A stretch of DNA of 64,000 nt. It comes from a virus. The translations under genes were made by a program, and so were the position numbers. Under the pieces are notes generated by a model, which saw only the letters and a program-made list of their open reading frames with translations, did no database searches and was not told the origin of the DNA. Below, piece by piece: positions 18,860-27,466 of this stretch. The number at the start of each line of letters is the position of its first letter. The stretch's first letter is position 1. Where the stretch lies: positions 1 through 64,000 of IMG/VR virus record IMGVR_UViG_3300042450_002433; one strand, 5' to 3'.

Positions 18860-18962
18860 ATGTAAAGCCGACCTGCGCCTCCGTAGTTGGGGTAATAAGA
18901 CAGGTGAAAGACTCTCTCCTAACGGGAGTTGCGGGGTGGTTCAACAGGTTCCCACTCTTTCT
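18860..18962 (+). ncRNA. candidate structured ncRNA
   Basis: Own promoter TTGACA-16-TATAGT (18825-18852); no ORF; multiple helices and a terminal hairpin with T run. Confidence 0.5.
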
Positions 18963-19011
18963 TAAAAATTAAACAGACTAAATACTTTCCAATACAGGAG
19001 AGTATAAGTCC

Positions 19012-20643
19012 ATGATTAATGATATCCAAAGAAGAATTTTAGCAGAAGCCGCCAAGTTTGGTGGCTCTAATATTTCAAGTGCACAGATAATTGCCAATGA
19101 ACTGAATGAAACAAATCATCAGTCATTCATGAATGGTGGTGCAGGGGGTGTAGCCACTTTCGGATTTGGCAAAGCACAGTTCGAAGGAAAGATGCGTCAA
19201 TTGCTCATGAAAATGGGCTTTGAAAAGGGCATCAACAAGATGGATATCAATGGCAACAAGATGGTTCTTTACTTTGCCAATAGTGCAAAGGCAAATGATT
19301 TTGTCATTACCTTTAATGGTCTTGTTAAGAGAAGCAGCAAGGGATCACCCGCAACGCTCAGTACCTCGTTTGACAAGATTAAGTCTCCTGCGGGAACGAA
19401 CGCAGTCGTTACGGTTGACTTCAGTATGATGAAGACCGAGGACTTGGAGAACGGATCGGATGTGTTTGTCATGCTTGAGGCTCTATATGAAAACAGCATC
19501 GAGGAAGCCAAGACAAAAAATACTCATGTTACAAGTGTTCCCGCAGGTGCTTCTGAAAAAGAATTTGCCAAGGCTCGTGCCGCGAATCCGTATCGAGTTC
19601 GTCTTGGCAAAGGTAAACCTGCTGGTGCACCCGCCGATAAGGTGAAAGAAGATATTGAAGAGAGTGCTTCAAAGGCTGCACTCGAAGACTTCATGTATGC
19701 CCTACCCAAGGCTGCTATTGAGGAACTTCGACCTGTGATGAAGATGAAGCAGGGTGTTGGACGCATGGCAAAGATCACCGCTGTACTCAAGAAGCACGGA
19801 ATCACACAGAAGTTTATGGGTGCATTTCCCACATCAGTAGTGAATGATTACTTCGACACCTTCCACGGTGAGAGCGTTGAACTCGAATCTGACGGAATCA
19901 ATGAATCAATGAATAATTATCTTGCCTTCTACAACGGCAAGAAGATCACCGTTCAGGCAGAAACTTCATACAAGGCTCAACTCAAGGCTATTGAGATGTT
20001 CAAGGCTCCCGCAAGCAAGAAACACATGGTCAATGTAAAACTTGCAGGTGGAGGTGCATTAGCCAACAATGAGAGCGTTGAGGAAAATGAGGAAAAGATT
20101 GACGAGCAAAGTGTTGCAAGACGATTAGGACAAACTATTGGGGCACTTCGACACGGCAAGCCAACTCCTAAAGATCGGTTAGACGATTTAACCGTTGAAA
20201 GAAAACGAAGAGACTATCAGAAAAAACTTAAAAATGATCCAGTCTTTCAAGCGCAAAATGCTGCTGCCAAAAAGGAAGAGCAAGATTATATCAAAGCAGA
20301 AATTGCACGCTTGAAAACCTTTTTGACAAAGGAAGAAGTCGAGAGCGTTGAGGAATCACTTGCTCAACCTGACGAAAAGGTCATTGGTATTTTCTATGAG
20401 AAGACACAGAATAATGTATTTGAGTATCGCATGTCAACCGATCCATGGGGCAAGAGCCACGGTCTTCCACACGAAGTCTGTGTCGGCCCAAGGAACTTTG
20501 TAAGCGGAGCAAAAGTCAATTGGAGAGCAGCGAATGTCAAAGCCACCGTCTGCTATATTGCCGTTGATGAGTTGGAAGATGGCAAGCCCGACATCGACAA
20601 GTGGAACATCAAGAAGCACTTTAAGTATGTGAAGGCAAACTGA
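19012..20643 (+). CDS. multi-module late protein, probable protease-processed head protein
   Basis: Late promoter and SD; modules separated by (L/I/V)xE linkers. Confidence 0.7.
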   Translation: MINDIQRRILAEAAKFGGSNISSAQIIANELNETNHQSFMNGGAGGVATFGFGKAQFEGKMRQLLMKMGFEKGINKMDINGNKMVLYFANSAKANDFVITFNGLVKRSSKGSPATLSTSFDKIKSPAGTNAVVTVDFSMMKTEDLENGSDVFVMLEALYENSIEEAKTKNTHVTSVPAGASEKEFAKARAANPYRVRLGKGKPAGAPADKVKEDIEESASKAALEDFMYALPKAAIEELRPVMKMKQGVGRMAKITAVLKKHGITQKFMGAFPTSVVNDYFDTFHGESVELESDGINESMNNYLAFYNGKKITVQAETSYKAQLKAIEMFKAPASKKHMVNVKLAGGGALANNESVEENEEKIDEQSVARRLGQTIGALRHGKPTPKDRLDDLTVERKRRDYQKKLKNDPVFQAQNAAAKKEEQDYIKAEIARLKTFLTKEEVESVEESLAQPDEKVIGIFYEKTQNNVFEYRMSTDPWGKSHGLPHEVCVGPRNFVSGAKVNWRAANVKATVCYIAVDELEDGKPDIDKWNIKKHFKYVKAN

Positions 20644-20678
20644 GTAACAAAGATTCTGTTGAAGTTCAAAAAAATGAT

Positions 20679-20714
20679 AAGCCCCTGCCAACGAATGGCG
20701 GGGGTTTGTCTTTT
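20679..20714 (+). terminator. intrinsic terminator
   Basis: AAGCCCCTGCC-loop-GGCGGGGGTTT followed by GTCTTTT. Confidence 0.7.
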
Positions 20715-20810
20715 AATTTGATTGGAGTATGGTAAGAATGTGTTCAGACAGGCAGTCCACTGATATAGATACACGCACCTCCCGAATAATCGGTAGGTGT
20801 AAAAGGAGAA

Positions 20811-21608
20811 ATGATAGAAATGAGAAATACGAATACACTCGCATCAGGTTTGGCAATCGCAGTTTCAACAATTGCTTTTGCACAAACTGCCGATGTTGTT
20901 CCTGTTGCCGTCACACCTGCTAATACAACAGCAAGTGCTTCTGCATGGAATCTGAATTGGTCGTTCGATGAAACTGCGGAGATGCATACCTTCAAGTCAG
21001 GTGGAAGTACTCTTCTTGGTTTGAATCAGAATCTCGGAGTCGATATCACTAAGGACATTAGTATGAATCTCAATGTCCCTGTGTATACCCAAGACGATAA
21101 CACCACCATCGGTGATATCTCTCTCGGTGGATCGTGGACTTTAAAGGAGGGAAAGAATGATACTATTGGCACATGGGATTTGGCTTTTGGCGGCGGTATC
21201 TACATTCCTGTTGGTTCGGAGTATTTCCGTTCGGCAAATGTCAATCCGTTTATCAATGGAAAGTTTGACTGCAAGGCGTGGGTCTTCGACTTTACACAAA
21301 CCGCAGAGTATCGGTTTGATGGCGGCGAGGCATATATTACTTGGCTCGGCGCGATGACCAACTCCGATGTACTGACTCTTGAAAGTAATCTTTCATACGA
21401 GTGGAATGCATTTGACTTCGGTGTTCAGTTTGATCAAGTTTATTATGTTAACAGTGGAGAGTCGCAACTCTTCCTTGGCCCTGTTGCCAATTGGAAAGTT
21501 GCTTCGAGTGTTGATCTAAACATGGGAGTCTTAATTCCTGTGAGTCAGAATGTCGATACCCCCGAGGCGAATGCAATCGTCACGGCAGGTATCGGTATTA
21601 AGTTTTGA
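20811..21608 (+). CDS. outer-membrane beta-barrel protein with signal peptide
   Basis: Signal peptide ending AFA-Q; alternating amphipathic strands; C-terminal GIGIKF (BAM-type terminal Phe). Confidence 0.75.
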   Translation: MIEMRNTNTLASGLAIAVSTIAFAQTADVVPVAVTPANTTASASAWNLNWSFDETAEMHTFKSGGSTLLGLNQNLGVDITKDISMNLNVPVYTQDDNTTIGDISLGGSWTLKEGKNDTIGTWDLAFGGGIYIPVGSEYFRSANVNPFINGKFDCKAWVFDFTQTAEYRFDGGEAYITWLGAMTNSDVLTLESNLSYEWNAFDFGVQFDQVYYVNSGESQLFLGPVANWKVASSVDLNMGVLIPVSQNVDTPEANAIVTAGIGIKF

Positions 21609-21655
21609 GTTCGGTTACCCAATTCATTTAATTTTCAATAAAGGAGAAATAAAAA

Positions 21656-21808
21656 ATGAGCAATAAGTGCCCCGTTACTGACTGTGGTTTCTGCTGGAAG
21701 AACCCGAAGCATTTGGTTCTTGCCCTCGCTATCCTCCCATTCACCCTCAAGGGAGTGAATGTTCTGTGGGAAGCAGTTCATACAGCCGTTACTTCGCTAA
21801 CCAAGTAA
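21656..21808 (+). CDS. 50-aa small membrane protein (absent from ORF track)
   Basis: SD AAGGAG; MSNKCPVTDCGFCWKNPKHLVLALAILPFTLKGVNVLWEAVHTAVTSLTK*. Confidence 0.7.
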   Translation: MSNKCPVTDCGFCWKNPKHLVLALAILPFTLKGVNVLWEAVHTAVTSLTK

Positions 21809-21829
21809 GTCTAAACTTACATCTAATAG

Positions 21830-21859
21830 AGGGGGGGGGTCTTCGGATCCCCCCCTTTT
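21830..21859 (+). terminator. intrinsic terminator
   Basis: G-run-TC-TTCG-GA-C-run followed by TTTT. Confidence 0.85.
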
Positions 21860-21880
21860 CCATTCCGACTAAATAAAGGG

Positions 21881-22171
21881 ATGAAGAGTTTTCTCCAACA
21901 TGTCATGGAAAATACAACGGCAAACATGGTCTACTTTGGAACAAACGGTGCAGGGTTTGCCGTTGACACTGTATCGTCTAACTTCGATGTTGATCAGTGG
22001 GGAGAAAAACATGACAACATGAAACCATGGGAAGTTCGAAATGCAGAAGATGCTACCACCCGAAGAACTCATCTTTTACGATGGATGAAAGCCTCAAGCA
22101 AATTCCAAGCACGAGCAGTCAATGACAGCAGCGTACCACTAACTCCAGATTGGCAGTCAAGAAAACGATGA
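21881..22171 (+). CDS. small late protein with CTS-like leader
   Basis: MKSFLQHVME; late promoter at 21869. Confidence 0.7.
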   Translation: MKSFLQHVMENTTANMVYFGTNGAGFAVDTVSSNFDVDQWGEKHDNMKPWEVRNAEDATTRRTHLLRWMKASSKFQARAVNDSSVPLTPDWQSRKR

Positions 22172-23094
22172 AGACCTTTAACATATATCTCAATGAAAGA
22201 TACGATGGCGATGGCGATTGTATGGATGCCGCAGCAAACTATATGATGCGATGCCATTCTGCTTTCTTTGGGGAACAGGAAAAGAATATGAAAGGTGCGG
22301 TTCTCGTCCATGCACTTGTTTGGGGTCAGGGTACTTGTATGGGAATGCGATTCCCTCATGCGTGGGTTGAGAACGGAGATACGGTTATTGACAAATCAAA
22401 CGGACGAGATATCCGTATGGACAAAAGAGTATATTATGCGATGGGGCAGGTTAAGCCAAAGGAAACAGGTACATATAAAGTCTACACATATCAAGAGATG
22501 AAGAAGAAGTTAACTTCGACTCGTCATTATGGCCCATGGGATCTTGATGAACGCCTTGAAGAAACTACCATCTCAAGCAAAAGACAAATTGGTAAGCGAA
22601 ATAGACAAATCAGTTCAAGTCTTTTATCTGCACTCAAAGAAAATGTAGAAGAGGGAATCGTAACTGATCGTCCGACAACGGGACACTATCAAGGCAACCG
22701 ACAGTTATCGCGACAAAGTGTCGCAACAAATGTTCCTATGGTTTCGTGGAATGATCTCAAGCGACTAGAGAGTGTTCTTGATAATATGTTTGTTGCTGCT
22801 AAACTCGATATCAAGTTCACCAAACATTTTTTTGAACGAATGAATGGAAGTCGTGGATATGGCAGCAATGTCAGCATCGCAGAAATTCAAGATGCCTTTC
22901 GAAAAACTTATGCGAAGTATGCACAAAAGATTTACTCACATCCTGCCGATTGGAAGGCAATCATATTGGATGTCGGCAAAAGTCTTAATATGCCATTCAC
23001 TCTTGAGTGGGACGGTAAGATGAAAAAGATGGTAATGCTCACCGCGATGAAGAAGCAAAACTTTATGAGTCCCGATCCTAAGTTGCCCGTATGA
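22168..23094 (+). CDS. two-domain protein: Cys-His(-Asp) papain/transglutaminase-like domain plus FTKHF-x-ER domain; CTS-like leader
   Basis: MKTFNIYLNE; GDC..AA, LVH, PHAWVE, VID; second domain after ENVEE. Confidence 0.6.
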   Translation: MKTFNIYLNERYDGDGDCMDAAANYMMRCHSAFFGEQEKNMKGAVLVHALVWGQGTCMGMRFPHAWVENGDTVIDKSNGRDIRMDKRVYYAMGQVKPKETGTYKVYTYQEMKKKLTSTRHYGPWDLDERLEETTISSKRQIGKRNRQISSSLLSALKENVEEGIVTDRPTTGHYQGNRQLSRQSVATNVPMVSWNDLKRLESVLDNMFVAAKLDIKFTKHFFERMNGSRGYGSNVSIAEIQDAFRKTYAKYAQKIYSHPADWKAIILDVGKSLNMPFTLEWDGKMKKMVMLTAMKKQNFMSPDPKLPV

Positions 23095-23276
23095 AAGAAG
23101 ATATCATTCAAAAAGGTAAAGATTGGTTTCAATTCCAAAAGGGAATGGCAGACTATCTTCTTGCTGCAAACTCCAAGAAAAAGTATAGCAAGAGTAAGAC
23201 CAAGGCGATTCCCAATGATACTGTTATAGCCCCACACTCGGCGCAAAAATCAAACATCATAATGACAAGACTATAA
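23091..23276 (+). CDS. small hypothetical protein
   Basis: ATGA overlap with the upstream gene. Confidence 0.45.
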   Translation: MKEDIIQKGKDWFQFQKGMADYLLAANSKKKYSKSKTKAIPNDTVIAPHSAQKSNIIMTRL

Positions 23277-23287
23277 ATAGGAGACAT

Positions 23288-24349
23288 ATGAAAACCTTTT
23301 TCCAATTACGAAACGAATACGATCATGAGCAGAATATAACATTCTATGAGGAACTTAATAAGTACCTCGAAGAGAAGTTGCTTATTGTGGGTAAGGGTGC
23401 CAACTATGGTCAGGCTGTTATTCTTGCAGGTGGTGCTGGCTCAGGCAAATCATTTGCCGCAACGAATCTCATGCAGGGAGAGAAATTTAAAATTTTCAAT
23501 CCCGATGATATCAAAGACATGCTTCTAAAGATGAGAGACAATCTCATCAACAGTAAAACAGGATTGCCAAAATCACAAAGCCTCAAAGATATGGTTCCTG
23601 TTCTACAGGATCTCGATCTTTTAAATCCTGACGATACAGGGAGACTTCATATGTTAGTGAAGGGAATGAAAGCAGAACACAAAAAACTTGCTTACTTCTT
23701 CACCGATAAAACTCGAAGTGTACTTCCAAATGTTATGTTTGATGCTACTCTCAAAGACATGGGAGCACTTACGAGTACCTTGAAGGGTGATGAGGGAATG
23801 TTGCATTGGCTAAAATTGGCGGGATATAAACCAGAAAATATTCACATCGTATGGATTCTCACTGATTATAAGATTGCACTACAGCAAAACCTGACTCGCG
23901 AAAGAGTTGTTGCATCTGAGATTCTGTTTCAGACACATCGAGGCGCAGCAGGTACGATGAAAGATATTCTATTCTCGTCTTATCCTCAACTCGGAATCAA
24001 TGGTGATGTTGCTGTTATAATGGGTGGAAAGAACAATACGATTGAACTTCAAAAGGGTGGAGAATACACATACAAGTCAGGCCCGAATAGAGGAAAAACT
24101 ATCAGGCTTGACCGAACGATTGATGGCGTTGCTATCATGGATTTTAAATATTTCCGTGTGAAGAATGCAGGAAGCAGAGAGATCAATCGCGAGGCTCTTG
24201 TTTCAATTGTTGACTACATCAAGAGTTATGCACCAACCCCTACTGACACGGCTGAAAGAACATTACATGATGTTCTCAGGAACATAGCCAAAAGTGGAGG
24301 AAAACAGGTTCATCCAACAACTTTGAAGGCTATAGGAATTTCCACTTGA
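23288..24349 (+). CDS. P-loop NTPase/kinase (zeta-toxin/AAA_33-like) with CTS-like leader
   Basis: ILAGGAGSGKS, NPDD, VMFDAT, ALQQNLTRERVV; TATAAATA promoter. Confidence 0.75.
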   Translation: MKTFFQLRNEYDHEQNITFYEELNKYLEEKLLIVGKGANYGQAVILAGGAGSGKSFAATNLMQGEKFKIFNPDDIKDMLLKMRDNLINSKTGLPKSQSLKDMVPVLQDLDLLNPDDTGRLHMLVKGMKAEHKKLAYFFTDKTRSVLPNVMFDATLKDMGALTSTLKGDEGMLHWLKLAGYKPENIHIVWILTDYKIALQQNLTRERVVASEILFQTHRGAAGTMKDILFSSYPQLGINGDVAVIMGGKNNTIELQKGGEYTYKSGPNRGKTIRLDRTIDGVAIMDFKYFRVKNAGSREINREALVSIVDYIKSYAPTPTDTAERTLHDVLRNIAKSGGKQVHPTTLKAIGIST

Positions 24350-24380
24350 CAAGCACCCCTGTTTGAGGTAGTATTAAGAA

Positions 24381-24920
24381 ATGCTAAAGCCACGCCTACT
24401 CAAATCTCTTATCGCACAAAACGCAGCCCTTCTTCGTGAACAGCAAGGACTGATGGAATATTTCCGCATCTTGGAGATCTCTCTTCATGTGATTGAAAAG
24501 ACAGGAAAAGATTCGGGTGTTGTTCAACTACAAGAACTTGCAAACATTCGTAAGGACATGCGGAAAATTCTCATTGCTCATCGCAATATGATTTTCAATA
24601 CCACAGGTGCTATTCGACCACCGACCAAGAAAGAACTTGGGATGTTGGCTGATCCTACCAAAAATTCACAGCACAAGTTTGTGGAGATCAACGAAGATCT
24701 TCAAAATCTACTCAATCAGTTGATGAACGATATCAGTAACTATCATCACTCAAAGGATGGCTTTGTGGATTTTGGGGAAGACACTCATGCAAGAGATGTT
24801 GAGGAAGATGAATCTGAATCTCATATCGACCCCGTTAATTTTGGTGGCGATCTAGAGGGAGAGTGGCAAGATTTTCCACCTCCTCCTGATGGGGATCCCT
24901 TTCGTGAAACAGGAGACTGA
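24381..24920 (+). CDS. hypothetical protein (predicted leaderless)
   Basis: TTGACA-17-TAGTAT at 24346-24374, ATG 6 nt later. Confidence 0.65.
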   Translation: MLKPRLLKSLIAQNAALLREQQGLMEYFRILEISLHVIEKTGKDSGVVQLQELANIRKDMRKILIAHRNMIFNTTGAIRPPTKKELGMLADPTKNSQHKFVEINEDLQNLLNQLMNDISNYHHSKDGFVDFGEDTHARDVEEDESESHIDPVNFGGDLEGEWQDFPPPPDGDPFRETGD

Positions 24921-25507
24921 TGGATAATCACACCACATATGATCTGACTGAAGCATCGCTTTCTCGATTGTATCAGCATACCGAAGAGCGCAATGTCGGA
25001 ATCATTTCCGCGTTTCGTGGTCGATACTCTAAGAGTGAAAACATGTCCCGCAGTGGTCAGTTAGAATCACAAATTCGCACAGGCGGCTTTGGATTCTATC
25101 GTCTCGAAGGACATTACATTGAGGGCTTTGGTTCTGAAAAATCAAAGGATGTCAAGGAGCGATCATACCTTGTTATCGGTAACAAAGGTTCTGATGGTGG
25201 TAACCTCAAGGGATTCTTGAAGAAGATGGGTGCCAAATTTAATCAGGACTCCGTTCTATATAAACCATTCGATAATAAAAATGCGTCCCTTATTGGAACA
25301 CAGGCAAAGGACGAGGAAGGGAATGATGTAGAATTTCCTGGTCTTGGAAAAGAAATTTCAGTTGGCGAATTCAAGCCAATGAAAATCAATCAATTCTATT
25401 CGCGAATGAAAGGCAAGCCATTTGTCTTTGAGTCGTATGCCGTACAGAAGACATGGATCGAATCGTATTCGCAATATATTCTTTCGAGACTTTCAAATCC
25501 GACTTGA
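24920..25507 (+). CDS. conserved T4-like phage hypothetical protein
   Basis: LTEASLSR..H....GIISAFRG...G.Y.E...ERS...KFNQDSVL. Confidence 0.75.
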   Translation: MDNHTTYDLTEASLSRLYQHTEERNVGIISAFRGRYSKSENMSRSGQLESQIRTGGFGFYRLEGHYIEGFGSEKSKDVKERSYLVIGNKGSDGGNLKGFLKKMGAKFNQDSVLYKPFDNKNASLIGTQAKDEEGNDVEFPGLGKEISVGEFKPMKINQFYSRMKGKPFVFESYAVQKTWIESYSQYILSRLSNPT

Positions 25508-25538
25508 CTTTTAATTTTTAATTGGTAGAATATACACT

Positions 25539-25874
25539 ATGAGCAACGCAGCCCCTACTGTCCTTTCTTCGGAACTTCAACTCCTTCGCAACCAAATCCT
25601 TACAGCCTTGCGAGAGGGCATTTGTTCTGTGGTATTCACCAAGAGTGATAGCACAGAACGAACCATGCGATGCACCCTACAGGCACAGTACCTGCCTACT
25701 TTCCCCGAACCTGACCTAGTAGCAATTCCTAGGACTAACTCAACAGCCGCTCGTCCCCGTACCCCTCTGAATGTTTCTGTATGGGATCTCGAAAAGAATG
25801 CATTTCGTTCTTTCAACCTTTCTAATATTATTAGATGGGAACAGGAAGACCAACCAACAGAACAAAAACGATAA
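25539..25874 (+). CDS. WYL_2/DUF2693-like SH3/Sm-fold protein
   Basis: VVFTKSDSTERTMRCTL...VWDLEKNAFRSF signature; promoter TTGACT-16-TAGAAT. Confidence 0.8.
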   Translation: MSNAAPTVLSSELQLLRNQILTALREGICSVVFTKSDSTERTMRCTLQAQYLPTFPEPDLVAIPRTNSTAARPRTPLNVSVWDLEKNAFRSFNLSNIIRWEQEDQPTEQKR

Positions 25875-25882
25875 GGTCATCT

Positions 25883-26026
25883 GCACGGTATCGTAAGGCG
25901 TACTAGGTACATCGACTGATCAGCGATATCTGAAGAAGAAGTTAGTGGGGTTCCCAGTAATGGGGTAAGCCGAGAGTCGTAATCTCAACCTTGCTGTTTC
26001 GATGGGTTCAAGTCCCTCACCGTGCT
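25883..26026 (+). ncRNA. 144-nt tRNA-like RNA (acceptor stem and T arm, no canonical D/anticodon arms)
   Basis: GCACGGT/ACCGTGC 7-bp terminal stem; GGGTTCAAGTCCC T-loop; heads a tRNA cluster. Confidence 0.65.
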
Positions 26027-26031
26027 TTCTT

Positions 26032-26105
26032 GTCCTTGTAACTCAGTTGGATAGAGTAACAGATTTCTAATCTGTAGGTCGGTGGTTCGAGTCCACCCAA
26101 GGACG
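26032..26105 (+). tRNA. tRNA-Arg(TCT)
   Basis: Cloverleaf; ACAGA-tt-TCT-aa-TCTGT; GGTTCGAGTCC. Confidence 0.95.
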
Positions 26106-26110
26106 CTTTC

Positions 26111-26183
26111 GCTCTTGTAGCGCAGTTGGTAGCGCAGTTGACTTTTAATCAATTGGTCGTGGGTTCGAGTCCCACCGAGAGCA
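26111..26183 (+). tRNA. tRNA-Lys(TTT)
   Basis: GTTGA-ct-TTT-aa-TCAAT; GGTTCGAGTCC. Confidence 0.95.
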
Positions 26184-26215
26184 TTCGATACTGTAGGAGA
26201 CTAAATATGGATGAC

Positions 26216-26743
26216 ATGAAATCATTCACGCATCATATCAAAGAAGCATCCCTTGGACAGATTTACTGTGACATGGATGGTGTTCTTGTAGACATCATTG
26301 GTGGCATCTCAAAGTTGTATAAGATTTCGGGATTGTCGAATAGAAATTTTGACAGTATCGTAGATCCACTTAAGTCTAAAATTGATAAAGAACATCCACA
26401 CCTATTTGCAGAACTTCCATGGACAGCAGATGGGAAAGTGTTGTGGAGATATATCTCCAAGCACAATCCAAACATCTTATCTGCACATACGAATACATGG
26501 CAACCTGACTCGAAGCAAGATAAGATTCGTTGGATCGACAAGCACCTCGATCCCAAACCCGCAATGAATCATATTGTTATACGAAGAGACAAGGAAAAAT
26601 TTGCTGTTGCAAATGGTGTGCCCAATATACTGATTGATGATTGGAAACTTAATATTGCTGAATGGACGAAAGCAGGTGGTATTGGAATCTTACATAAGAA
26701 TACCGCCGACACAATTGCTACTCTGAAAAAACTTGGTTATTAA
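26216..26743 (+). CDS. HAD-family 5'(3')-deoxyribonucleotidase-like protein with CTS-like leader
   Basis: IYCDMDGVL, ILS, K, ILIDD motifs; MKSFTHHIKEA; late promoter 26201. Confidence 0.85.
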   Translation: MKSFTHHIKEASLGQIYCDMDGVLVDIIGGISKLYKISGLSNRNFDSIVDPLKSKIDKEHPHLFAELPWTADGKVLWRYISKHNPNILSAHTNTWQPDSKQDKIRWIDKHLDPKPAMNHIVIRRDKEKFAVANGVPNILIDDWKLNIAEWTKAGGIGILHKNTADTIATLKKLGY

Positions 26744-26749
26744 TATAAT

Positions 26750-26822
26750 GGCGAAGTAGTCCAAAGGCAGAGACAGTTGACTTAAAATCAACAAAGTGTG
26801 GGTTCGACTCCCACCTTCGTCA
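26750..26822 (+). tRNA. tRNA-Leu(TAA), short variable loop
   Basis: GTTGA-ct-TAA-aa-TCAAC; GGTTCGACTCC; 73 nt. Confidence 0.9.
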
Positions 26823-26826
26823 CTGA

Positions 26827-27219
26827 ATGAAAGGAATTATTATGCAAGGTAATAACGGTGCTGGTAAGGGAGATGTATATCGCCCAATCGATAAGACTCA
26901 GTTTGATAAGAACTTTGACGATATCTTTGGGAAGCAGCCTATCAAAAATATTGCGCCTCCTGATGTACAACCCAAGCAAAAAAGAAATGAAAAGCCTCCC
27001 ACTTCATGGATAGTTCCGATTGAAGAATCTATGTTCTTTGACTTGGATGAAACTACGGGAAAAGAAATAAGTGAGAAGAAGTGTTACATTCGCATTCCTC
27101 CTGAGGTATGTCGCAAGTTAAAACTTCGAGTAGGCACTCCTCTTGACATTCGAGTAAGGAACGGGTGTATTCAGGTTACCCGCCAAATTCGAAATAAAAA
27201 GAAAGGAAAGACCACATGA
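26827..27219 (+). CDS. hypothetical protein with C-terminal AbrB/MazE-like swapped-hairpin motif
   Basis: IRIPPEVCRKLKLRVGTPLDIRVRNGCIQV. Confidence 0.6.
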   Translation: MKGIIMQGNNGAGKGDVYRPIDKTQFDKNFDDIFGKQPIKNIAPPDVQPKQKRNEKPPTSWIVPIEESMFFDLDETTGKEISEKKCYIRIPPEVCRKLKLRVGTPLDIRVRNGCIQVTRQIRNKKKGKTT

Positions 27220-27458
27220 GTAACTATATTCCAGGCAAGGGATATCGCGATGGATGGGCTGATCGGTATGGGGGGAAGCCCAAGGCATGTCCTGAGGCAT
27301 GGGGCTGTGCTACTACCGATGACTCCGTCTATTGGAGCGAATACGGTGTTGGATATCGGGAAGCATCTGTAAAGATTCTCGAAGAAGCAAAGCAAGATAT
27401 TCAGAAGATGAAGCAGGATGTTGAGCAGTACCTGACAGAAGATGCTTCGGAAGACTAA
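27216..27458 (+). CDS. hypothetical protein
   Basis: ATGA-coupled; GYRDGW...YWSEY..GY motif. Confidence 0.65.
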   Translation: MSNYIPGKGYRDGWADRYGGKPKACPEAWGCATTDDSVYWSEYGVGYREASVKILEEAKQDIQKMKQDVEQYLTEDASED

Positions 27459-27466
27459 ATAAGGAC

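Noticed and set aside
26126-26215. N-terminal extension of the HAD gene
   Set aside because: It overlaps tRNA-Lys; the late promoter and CTS-like leader indicate a start at 26216.
26750-26822. Possible suppressor tRNA or stop-codon recoding
   Set aside because: Anticodon TAA reads UUA (Leu), not a stop. Core genes are intact in code 11, and TAA, TGA and TAG all act as stops.
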